Of a DNA stretch of 64,000 bases, positions 20,138-27,982 are shown piece after piece. Every line of letters begins with the position of its first letter. The first letter of the stretch is position 1. The translations under genes and the position numbers were made by a program. The DNA is from Alphaproteobacteria bacterium (GTDB lineage Bacteria; Pseudomonadota; Alphaproteobacteria; UBA828). The notes under the pieces were generated by a model that was not told the origin of the DNA, made no database searches, and saw nothing but the letters and a program-made list of their open reading frames with translations. The stretch is from contig CBDCRW010000005.1 of NCBI GenBank assembly GCA_965221125.1, positions 32,001-96,000 on the forward strand, written 5' to 3'.

Positions 20138-20935
20138 ATGCTCGACAGCGACGAGAGCCCGCAGGAGCGCCAGCGTCGGCGCCATGCCGAACGACTCGCC
20201 CGTGGCATCTGCACCAGGTGCGGAGCGTTCCCGCCCGAGCCTGGCCTCAAGCTGTGCCGGCGCTGTGGAGAGAAGCGGCGGGCTTCCGAGAAGGTCCGCC
20301 GCGCCAGGGCCCGGGCGAAAGGCATGATCTACGCCGGCCGCGATCCGGAGACGACGCGCCGCGCCGCCCGCGCCGCGGACAAGCGGCGGCGGAAGGAATG
20401 GAGGGACGCAGGCCTTTGCACGGCCTGCGGGCGCTGCCGGCCCGCCGATGGCCGTTTCATCTGCGAGCCGTGCCGCGAGGAGCAGCGCGCGATCGAGCGC
20501 GAGCGATACGCTGCTCGCCGTTCTGCCGGGCGATGCGTGCGCTGCGGGAAACCCGCGTTCAACGGCTCGTCCCGCTGCGGCCGGTGCACCGTGCTCGAGG
20601 CGGGGCGCACGTCGCCCGAACGCAGGAAGGCAGCCAGCAGGAAGCGCTACGCCAGACGCAAGGTGCAGGGGATCTGTGTGGATTGCTCGATCCCCGTTTC
20701 CGGCACCGCGCGTTGCCCGGACTGCGCCCGGCGATCCAACTCACGCGCCCCTGAGCCTTACCGCCTGCCCGTGCCGTTCCCCGAGTACACCGTGGTCAGG
20801 CTCGACACCGGCGACGTCATCGAGAGCGTCGAGACCGAAGCCGAGGTCGCCGCCTGCCTCGTCTTCGCCAAGCTCCGCCCCGACCAGGTGGAGATACGCG
20901 CCAATGTCCCGCTGATGGCGATCGGCGCGGAGTGA
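20138..20935 (+). CDS. Cys/Arg-rich protein with four tandem CxxC...CxxC units
   Basis: GICTRCG/LCRRC, GLCTACG/ICEPC, GRCVRCG/RCGRC, GICVDCS/RCPDC; GAGG RBS. Confidence 0.7.
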   Translation: MLDSDESPQERQRRRHAERLARGICTRCGAFPPEPGLKLCRRCGEKRRASEKVRRARARAKGMIYAGRDPETTRRAARAADKRRRKEWRDAGLCTACGRCRPADGRFICEPCREEQRAIERERYAARRSAGRCVRCGKPAFNGSSRCGRCTVLEAGRTSPERRKAASRKRYARRKVQGICVDCSIPVSGTARCPDCARRSNSRAPEPYRLPVPFPEYTVVRLDTGDVIESVETEAEVAACLVFAKLRPDQVEIRANVPLMAIGAE

Positions 20936-21122
20936 CCCGCAGCTCCCCGCGAGGAATTGCGGGTGGGCGCGCCGGATCGGGGCAGCTTGAACCGCCCTTT
21001 TTCGCACCGAAGGTGCCGAGGGCATCCCGACCGAGGAAGAATTCATGCCGGCCAGCGGCCTTGACGCCGGGCCGGACAATTCGGCGATATACTTGCAGCA
21101 TGCGATCCTGAGGGTCAGACCC

Positions 21123-21368
21123 ATGCGCACCGTCTCCCTGATGGCCGCCAACGCGGACTTCTCGAAGCTCGTCCGCGAGGTCGAGCGCGGCCAGGGCTTC
21201 CTGATCACCCGCCACGGCCGGCCCGTGGCCAGGCTCGTTCCCCACGGCGCCGACAAAGCCGACGACCCCAGGTGGGAGGCGGCCCACCGGCGCATGATGG
21301 CGCGGCTTAAGCAGGGAGCGTCCCTGGGCGGTCTCGGGGTCGAGCGCGTCGCGCTCCATGATCGATAG
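21123..21368 (+). CDS. Phd/YefM-family antitoxin
   Basis: MRTVSLMAANADFSKLVREVERG..FLITRHGRPVARLVP. Confidence 0.85.
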   Translation: MRTVSLMAANADFSKLVREVERGQGFLITRHGRPVARLVPHGADKADDPRWEAAHRRMMARLKQGASLGGLGVERVALHDR

Positions 21369-21440
21369 ATCGGCTTCTCCCTCGACACCGACATTCCGGT
21401 CCGTGCGGCCGATCGGGATGGCGGCGAAGCGAAGCCAACG
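21358..21440 (+). pseudogene. Frameshifted, truncated PIN/VapC toxin remnant
   Basis: ATG overlaps the antitoxin end; an out-of-frame FSLDTDIPVRAADRDGG resembles the VapC N-terminus (xxLDTNILVYA.D). Confidence 0.5.
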
Positions 21441-21455
21441 ACACGGGAGGACAGG

Positions 21456-21680
21456 ATGACCGACAAGCTGATCGACCGGAACCCCGATATCCTCGGCGGG
21501 ACACCCGTGTTCGCGGGCACCAGGGTTCCCGTACGCATCCTGATGGAACACCTCGAAGCCGGCGACCGGCTGGATGATTTCCTGGCGGACTACCCGACGG
21601 TGTCGCGGCGCCAGGCGGTCGCGCTGCTCGATCGCGCGACGACGATGCTGGTGACGGGCGGCGATGAAGCTGCTGCTTGA
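21456..21680 (+). CDS. DUF433 antitoxin
   Basis: PDILGGTPVFAGTRVPV..LDDFLADYPTVS. Confidence 0.92.
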   Translation: MTDKLIDRNPDILGGTPVFAGTRVPVRILMEHLEAGDRLDDFLADYPTVSRRQAVALLDRATTMLVTGGDEAAA

Positions 21681-21990
21681 CGAATCGGTGCCGAAGCGGC
21701 TCGCCGCGTCCTTCCCCGCATCATTCACGCTGCGCACGGTCCAGGAGATGGGCTGGTCCGGCACCGGAAACGGCGTGTTGCTGTCACTGGCCGCGCGCGA
21801 GCGCTTCGATGCGATGATCACCGTCGATCGCGGCATCGAGCATCAGCAGAACCTCGAAGCGCTCCCGATCCCCGTCGTCATCGTGCTGGCCGCGCGAAAT
21901 CGTCTTGCGGAATTGCAGCCCCTGGTTCCGGCAGTGGTGGATGTGCTCTCGGGACGTCTGCAAAGACGCATCTATCGCGTTCTTGGGTGA
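21664..21990 (+). CDS. DUF5615 PIN-like toxin (VapC45-like)
   Basis: MKLLLDESVP..GWSG..NG.LL..ITVDRGIEHQQNL; overlaps DUF433. Confidence 0.88.
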   Translation: MKLLLDESVPKRLAASFPASFTLRTVQEMGWSGTGNGVLLSLAARERFDAMITVDRGIEHQQNLEALPIPVVIVLAARNRLAELQPLVPAVVDVLSGRLQRRIYRVLG

Positions 21991-22009
21991 GATCGCATCA
22001 CTTTCGATT

Positions 22010-22407
22010 ATCGCCACATCCTGCCGGCCTTCGGCGCGTTGCCGCTTTCTGCGGTGACGCGCGAGCAGGTCGCGGCATTGCACTACGAGCCTCGCGACAG
22101 GCCGGTGCTGGCGAACCATGTTGTCGAGGTCCTGTCGCGCCTGTTCGCCATGGCCGAGTACTGGGGCCTTGCGCCCGAGGGCGGCAACCCGTGCCGGTTC
22201 GTGAAGCCTCACCGGGTGCACCGGCGGGAGCGCTTCCTGACGGAGGATGAGTTCACCCGCCTTGGCCGAGTTCTCGCCGAGGCGGAGACGGACGGCCCGA
22301 CGATGCCGAGCACGGTGGCAGCGATCAGGCTATTGATGCTGACCGGGTGCCGGCGCAACGAGATCCTGGAGCTTCAATGGGACGGCGCCCGGCCTTCGCG
22401 CCGCTGA
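22010..22407 (+). pseudogene. Tyrosine integrase fragment
   Basis: GGNPCRFVK..RERFLT.DE..IRLLMLTGCRRNEILEL; lacks the N-terminus and the HxxR/Y part. Confidence 0.8.
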
Positions 22408-22471
22408 GCGGCGGTACTGGCGCTGCCGGGGCGGCAGCAGCAGGGGCAAGAGGGGAGGCCTGTCCGCCCCG

Positions 22472-23143
22472 TCAGTTCGACCCGCAGCAGCGCTCGTAGG
22501 TCCGCCCCGAGCCGCAGTGACAGGGCGCGCCGCCAACCGCCTCGAAGGCGCCGCGCGCGGCGGCCATCCCCAGTTCGCCCCCGAATCCTTTGGATAGCGC
22601 CCACGCAGCGAGCGCCCGAACGCAGTCCGGGATCAGATCGGACGCGGACCGGCGGATCTCTTCGACCGCGTCCTCCGCCAGGTCCGAGACACCCTCGTCG
22701 ATGTCGTTCATCGTCTCGATCATGGCGAGCGAAACCATGGCCTCCTCGTCGCCGCTCGCCCCGATCTGCAGCCATGCCTCGGGCCGCAGGCCCTTCGCCT
22801 GCCGGAAGCCCCAGACCCAGGGCTCCCAGAGCAGCGCGCCCGTACCCGGATCGAAGCCAAGGACCACCCGGTATCCCTGCGGATCGATGGCGAGGTCCTC
22901 GGCCACCCGCCGGTAGTGGTCCGTGACCGCAAGCGTTGCGTCCACCGACTCTTCGACATCCTCCGACGCCCTGTCGCCGCCCCATACCAGCGGCAGCCAC
23001 TCCGTCGGCCCGACCCACTCGGGACAAAGCACGAGCCCGGCGACGAAGCCGTCCAGCTCGACCACCGTCATCGCCTCCCGCTCTTCCCCCAGCCGGTCCA
23101 GCAGGTCGGTCAGGAATGCGATCTCTTCTCCCGTGTGTCTCAT
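22472..23143 (-). CDS. UPF0149/YecA family protein with SEC-C motif
   Basis: ELDGFVAGLVLCPE..EWLPLVWG; C-terminal PCHCGSGRTYERCC. Confidence 0.85.
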   Translation of the reverse strand: MRHTGEEIAFLTDLLDRLGEEREAMTVVELDGFVAGLVLCPEWVGPTEWLPLVWGGDRASEDVEESVDATLAVTDHYRRVAEDLAIDPQGYRVVLGFDPGTGALLWEPWVWGFRQAKGLRPEAWLQIGASGDEEAMVSLAMIETMNDIDEGVSDLAEDAVEEIRRSASDLIPDCVRALAAWALSKGFGGELGMAAARGAFEAVGGAPCHCGSGRTYERCCGSN

Positions 23144-23316
23144 GGCGCGGGGATATGACGCCCGCCGCGCGGCGAGGTCAACGGCGGAGGGCGAGCCGGC
23201 GCCGCCCTGCCGGCCGGAGCGGCGTGTTCCGGGATTCGGGCGTGCCGAAGGCTGCCACGATCCCGTGCGGCCTTGGCTCTGCCGCCCGGCGGCGTAGTAT
23301 CCGCCCACCCTGCCAC

Positions 23317-23460
23317 AGCATTGGAGTATCGAGACATGGCGGCACGCTCTATCCGCAAGCCAGCCGCGCTCAAGGAAGCGATGACCAAGCATTGGAGTAT
23401 CGAGACATGGCGGCACGCTCTATCCGCAAGCCAGCCGCGCTCAAGGAAGCGATGACCAAG
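23317..23460 (+). repeat. Perfect 71-bp tandem duplication
   Basis: AGCATTGGAGTATCGAGACATGG...GCGATGACCA at 23317-23387 and 23388-23458. Confidence 0.95.
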
Positions 23461-23609
23461 ATGCCGTAATGGGGCTCGGCGCCAATCGGCACCATCGGAG
23501 CCTGTCCCGATGACGACGAATCGGGTGTCGTTGCCCTTGCACGCTCAGCGTGCTCACGGGGTCTTGCCGGAAGGCGCGCCCCAATCCTTCGAGAGGAAAG
23601 GGCAACGAC

Positions 23610-24653
23610 ATGGCTGTCTATATCGGGCTGGATGTATCGCTGGCAAGCACGACAATCTGCGTGATCGGCGACAAGGGCAAGATCGTGACCGAGGCTCAGG
23701 TCGCCAGCACGCCTGACGCGTTGGTTGCGTTCATGGGCAAGCTGGAGCACGAGATCGCCGTGATCGGTCTTGAGGCCGGTCCCCTGTCCCACTGGTTGCA
23801 CAAGGGGCTGACCGACGCCGGCTTCGAGGCCGTCCTTATGGAGACCCGGCGGGTGAAGGCGGCGCTGAAGGCGATGCCGATCAAGACGGATCGCCGGGAT
23901 GCCGAGGGCATCGCACGGCTCTTGCAGATGGGCTGGTTCAGGCCGGTGCACTGCAAGTCGGTATCGTCGCAGGAGATGCGCGCACTGCTGACCTCGCGCA
24001 GGTCCGTGAAGGGCGCGCTCACCGATATGGAACTCTCGCTGCGCGGCGTGTTGCGCAACTTTTGCCTGAAGCTGGGCCAGGTCTCGAAGGGCCGCTGGGA
24101 GGCCCGCGTCCGGGAGTTGATCGCAGGCAACGCGATGCTGGAGGCCGCCGCCGAACCGATCCTGCGCGCGCGGGTGGCTCTGCGCCGCGAGCTGGCCGGC
24201 CTGGAGAAGCTGGTCCGCGATCTGGCCAGGGAGGATCCGGTATGCCGGCTGCTGATGACCATGCCCGGCGTAGGCGCGGTCGTGGCCCTGACCTTCAAAT
24301 CGGCGATTGACGATCCCGGGCGGTTCCGGAGATCGAAGGATGTCGGCCCCTGGGTGGGACTGACGCCGGGCCGGGACCAATCCGGCGAGCGAGATATTGT
24401 CGGCGGCATCACGAAGTGCGGCGACGCAGGTCTGCGTACCGCGCTCTATCAGGCCGCCACGGTGATGCTGAACGGCACCGCCGGGCCGAACTGGCTGAAG
24501 GCCTGGGCGCTTCGTCTGGCGAAGCTCCGTGGCAAGAAGCGTGCGACCGTCGCCCTGGCCCGGCGCATCGGCGTGGTACTTCACCGGATGTGGCGGGACG
24601 GCACCGAGTTCCGCTTCACGCGCGAGGAGGCGATGGCGCTCCAGACGGCATAG
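23610..24653 (+). CDS. IS110-family DEDD transposase/recombinase
   Basis: YIGLDVS, GLEAG, KTDRRDA, PGVG, GLTP..DQSGE, VALARR. Confidence 0.95.
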   Translation: MAVYIGLDVSLASTTICVIGDKGKIVTEAQVASTPDALVAFMGKLEHEIAVIGLEAGPLSHWLHKGLTDAGFEAVLMETRRVKAALKAMPIKTDRRDAEGIARLLQMGWFRPVHCKSVSSQEMRALLTSRRSVKGALTDMELSLRGVLRNFCLKLGQVSKGRWEARVRELIAGNAMLEAAAEPILRARVALRRELAGLEKLVRDLAREDPVCRLLMTMPGVGAVVALTFKSAIDDPGRFRRSKDVGPWVGLTPGRDQSGERDIVGGITKCGDAGLRTALYQAATVMLNGTAGPNWLKAWALRLAKLRGKKRATVALARRIGVVLHRMWRDGTEFRFTREEAMALQTA

Positions 24654-24719
24654 GCGCGGCTGCATCCCACCGGCAATCGGAAGCGAGAGGAGGAAAGAGC
24701 CGCGCCTGAAGGTGGCGAT

Positions 24720-25060
24720 CCACCGGTGTCCCCTCGCCGGGACGCGGTTCCCGTTGATGCACGCGCTGCGTCTTGTCGGCCGAACCGTTTCATCGCGTTC
24801 GAGCACGCGACCAAGATCGGCACTCGGGAATCGTTTGGACCAGGCATGACGTTGGCAGCCGCTGCGCTGACCACGGACGGAAGCGAGAGCCTGGCGACGG
24901 ACACATCCGGGAATCCCGCTTCCTTCTTTGCCGCGCAGACGAGTCAGTTAGCCGCTCCCGCCATGGCAATCCGCTATGTTGACCGCGCCTGTGATTCGAT
25001 TTGCAACAGGCTACGGTGCTTCATGTGCGAGCCACCGTGCCAGGCCGGAAGATCGTGAAG
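24720..25060 (+). ncRNA. Predicted bridge/seek RNA of IS110 copy 1 (boundaries approximate)
   Basis: Target-matching segments at 24766-24775 and 24809-24816 lie inside a stem-bounded internal loop in the right non-coding end. Confidence 0.7.
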
Positions 25061-25068
25061 ATCGGTGT

Positions 25069-25097
25069 TTGACATCAACCGCCCCATTACGGAAGAC
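25069..25097 (+). promoter_or_regulatory. Outward -35 (TTGACA) at the IS right end; forms a junction promoter on circularisation
   Basis: TTGACA 25069-25074, 17-bp spacer, GAAGAC (becomes GAAGAT in the circle). Confidence 0.55.
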
Positions 25098-25257
25098 GCA
25101 GTTGGTGGCTTCCCTTTCTAAGGGGAAGTTAGGTAGAAATGTAAAGCTCGCAGGGGTAACACCTTGCGGGCTTTCATTTTTTGTTGAATTTCATGATTGA
25201 CACGTTTGGAGTCGCAATTCTAGGTAAGCCGGAACAAGGCAAGAGCGTAAACTTTCG

Positions 25258-26502
25258 ATGCCCGAGAGCGTCCGCAGAATCAGACTTCCCGGCGGCGAGA
25301 CGCTCCCCGCCCTGGTCGAGCCCGGCTCGGCCCCCGCGCCCGAGCCGATACGGTATGCGGTCTCCATTCTCAGAAACGCCGGCCGCGCCGAGAACACGAT
25401 CGAGGCGCACATGCGCGCGATCGCGGCGGCCCGGGTGTGGGCGCACTCGAACGGGCTCTCCCTCGAAGCACGCATGGCCACGGGCGCCGGTCTGGAGCTG
25501 CGGGAGGTCGAGAGTCTTTCCCATGCGCTGAAGACCGCCCGGGTTCCGGATCGGACCGAGCGTCCCCACCAAGCCAATGTCCTGCCGCTTTCCAGATCGG
25601 GCAAGGAGCTTCATCGGCACCTTCCCCACGACTGCGATGAGATGCTGGACCCCCAGACCGGAGCCAACCGTGTGCGGTCCGTCGCTGCCTATCTCGACTG
25701 GCTTGCAAGCCACAGCCGTGCCGCCGGATCGCAGCAGCTCCTTCGCGACACCGTCAAGGCTCTGACCGCCCGGGCGAAGGTGGGCGCGCGTCAACCGTCC
25801 GAGCCCAGGAAGGGCCTGTCGCCGGAACAGCGCGACCGGCTGTTCGCCGTCATCGATCCGTCCTCGCCGGAAAACCCGTTCCGGAGCGAGGCGGTTCGCT
25901 ATCGCAACCTTGCCGTTGTTGCCTGCCTTGACGAGACCGGCATGCGCAGGGGCGAGCTTTGCGGCCTGAAGATCCCGGACATCGACTTCAGGAAACTGAC
26001 GATCTCGATCCATCGGCGCCCTCCGGACCCCCGGGACCCTCGTCGGCAGAAGCCGAAGACCAAGTCCGGCGCACGGCCCGTGCCGATCAGGCCGGAGCTG
26101 GCGGACATCCTCTTCGCCTACCTGTCGGATTGGCGCCGGACCGAACCCGGCGCCCGGATGCACGCCTATGTCTTCGTGTCCCATGCAGGAATCAGGCCGG
26201 GAGCGCCGTTGACCCCGAGAAGCGTGGGCAACGTCTTCGCTGCGCTCGAAAGCGTTCTCGGCTTCCGTCTCCATCCTCACCTGTTGCGCCACACCTGGAA
26301 CGACAGGTTCTCGGCCGCGATCGACGGCAGGGCGGAGCGTGGCGATCGCACCCCCGAGGCGAGCGAGGAGCGCATCCGCAACTTCCTGATGGGATGGAGT
26401 CCGGATTCGAAGATGGCGGCGGTCTACACGCACCGTCACGTCGAACGGGCGGCCGAGGCCGCCCTGAGAGGCATGCACCAGGGATTGTTCGAGGGTGAGT
26501 AG
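25258..26502 (+). CDS. Tyrosine recombinase 1
   Basis: ETGMRRGEL, HPHLLRHTW, LMGWS..SKMAAVY. Confidence 0.9.
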   Translation: MPESVRRIRLPGGETLPALVEPGSAPAPEPIRYAVSILRNAGRAENTIEAHMRAIAAARVWAHSNGLSLEARMATGAGLELREVESLSHALKTARVPDRTERPHQANVLPLSRSGKELHRHLPHDCDEMLDPQTGANRVRSVAAYLDWLASHSRAAGSQQLLRDTVKALTARAKVGARQPSEPRKGLSPEQRDRLFAVIDPSSPENPFRSEAVRYRNLAVVACLDETGMRRGELCGLKIPDIDFRKLTISIHRRPPDPRDPRRQKPKTKSGARPVPIRPELADILFAYLSDWRRTEPGARMHAYVFVSHAGIRPGAPLTPRSVGNVFAALESVLGFRLHPHLLRHTWNDRFSAAIDGRAERGDRTPEASEERIRNFLMGWSPDSKMAAVYTHRHVERAAEAALRGMHQGLFEGE

Positions 26503-27982
26503 TCCGGGCGGATTGCAGCCTGCCGGCGCTCCGCGAGAGCGCGGCATCCATGCGGGATTCGATTCCGGCGGCGACGTCTGGAAGATCGTGCTGGAGAAGG
26601 GCGTGACCCGCATCTCCTTCAAGCCGATACGAGATCATTGGGGCGCCGGGCACGCCGACAACGTCAAGCAGGCTGCCCTTGCCTACATGGAAGATCGCTC
26701 CCCCGACACCGTGTTGGGGGGCGTCCAGGCCCTCGCAAGAATGGCGCGGGATGTCCCGGTCGGCGCCACCATCTCTGCGGCGGCTCTCATGGACTACCGG
26801 TCGCTGCTCGCTCGCGAGCAACTGCACTATCTGGGCCACGTCGCGGCGTTCCTGAAGTTCTGGGTCGCACGCGGCTACGCCGGGGTCGACCGCGACGTGC
26901 TGCAGTTCTTCAGCAGCATCAAGATACCCGGGAACGTCAAGGGCGCCGCCGTCCGCACGCACCACCCCACGAAGGGTCCCTTCACCGATGTGGAGTTGCA
27001 GAGCATCACCCTTGCGGCACGCGAGGCGTATGGCGAGGGCCGCGTGAGCAGGCAGGACTTCGGCATTCTTCTCACGCTGACCGCAACGGGGGCCCGGCCC
27101 GGCCAGCTGTCGATGCTGACTTGTGGCGATCTGGTTCCGCCTGCACCGGGATCGGCCGCATCTCGCCTCCTGGTGCCGTCTCTCAAGAAGAGGACGCCGA
27201 AGCGCCTCACGCGCGAGCGGGTCATCCCTGGCGAGCTTGCCGTTCTGCTTAGGGAACTCGTCGAGGAGCGATCCCGCGACGAGCGCTTCCGGGGCATTCC
27301 GGTCGACCGGCGTCCGATCTTTGCCGTCGAGGCGACCGCCTTCGCATCGCTCGCGGAGGCACACATCGGCAGGGGCGGTGCCGGCCGCGCTCTGAGGCGC
27401 ATCCAGAGCGCGCTCGGCCTTCGGTCGGCGCGCACTGCCGCTCCGATCAACCTGGCGCCCCGGCGGTTCCGGAGCACTCTCGGGACGCGTGCTGCCGATG
27501 TGGGTCACCCTCCTGTTCTGATCGCTCACCTTCTCGATCACACCGACCTCCAGCACGTCGGCGTGTATGTGGAGTCGCGCGGCTCGATCCAGGACCGCAT
27601 GGACGCCGCCCTTCATGGCCGGGCGGAGCCGCTGGCCGGGCTGTTCAGGGGCACGATCGTTGCGGGCGAGGTCGAATCCGGCGCCGGGGAAGCGCCGTCG
27701 CGTCGCGTTGCGTCCGCCGCCGGCGGAGGCGTGGGAACCTGCGCGGGCCCGCGCAGCTGTGTCCGTCTGGCGCCGCTTGCATGCTACACCTGCGCCGCGT
27801 TCCGTCCCTGGCGTGACGCGCCTCACGAGGATCTGCTGCAGTCCCTGGTCGAGGAGCGCAGGACGCTTCTCGCGGACGGGATCTCCCCGCAGGTGGCCGC
27901 CGCCAACGACGCAACCATCATGGCCGTCGCGGAGGTCGCCGATCGTTGCCGCGCGATGCGGACGGGGGTGGCTCATGGCTGA
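26495..27982 (+). CDS. Tyrosine recombinase 2 (C-terminal Cys cluster)
   Basis: TGARPGQL, PRRFRSTLGT, LLDHTDLQHVGVY; GTC..SC..LACYTC. Confidence 0.85.
   Translation: MSSPGGLQPAGAPRERGIHAGFDSGGDVWKIVLEKGVTRISFKPIRDHWGAGHADNVKQAALAYMEDRSPDTVLGGVQALARMARDVPVGATISAAALMDYRSLLAREQLHYLGHVAAFLKFWVARGYAGVDRDVLQFFSSIKIPGNVKGAAVRTHHPTKGPFTDVELQSITLAAREAYGEGRVSRQDFGILLTLTATGARPGQLSMLTCGDLVPPAPGSAASRLLVPSLKKRTPKRLTRERVIPGELAVLLRELVEERSRDERFRGIPVDRRPIFAVEATAFASLAEAHIGRGGAGRALRRIQSALGLRSARTAAPINLAPRRFRSTLGTRAADVGHPPVLIAHLLDHTDLQHVGVYVESRGSIQDRMDAALHGRAEPLAGLFRGTIVAGEVESGAGEAPSRRVASAAGGGVGTCAGPRSCVRLAPLACYTCAAFRPWRDAPHEDLLQSLVEERRTLLADGISPQVAAANDATIMAVAEVADRCRAMRTGVAHG

Larger units (their letters stand above)
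23462..25096 (+). mobile_element. IS110-family (IS1111 group) element, copy 1
   Basis: Subterminal IRs CCGTAATGGGGC (23464-23475) and GCCCCATTACGG (25081-25092); AAGA at both junctions; boundaries match copy 2. Confidence 0.93.
23407..25118 (+). pseudogene. 5' stub of a probable HU-family DNA-binding gene, split by IS110 and cut by the recombinase cassette
   Basis: Removing the IS gives MAARSIRKPAALKEAMTK|TQLVASL, resembling an HU N-terminus (MTK.QL). Confidence 0.45.

Noticed and set aside
23317-23460. CRISPR-like repeat
   Set aside because: Two contiguous identical 71-bp units with no spacer and no cas genes
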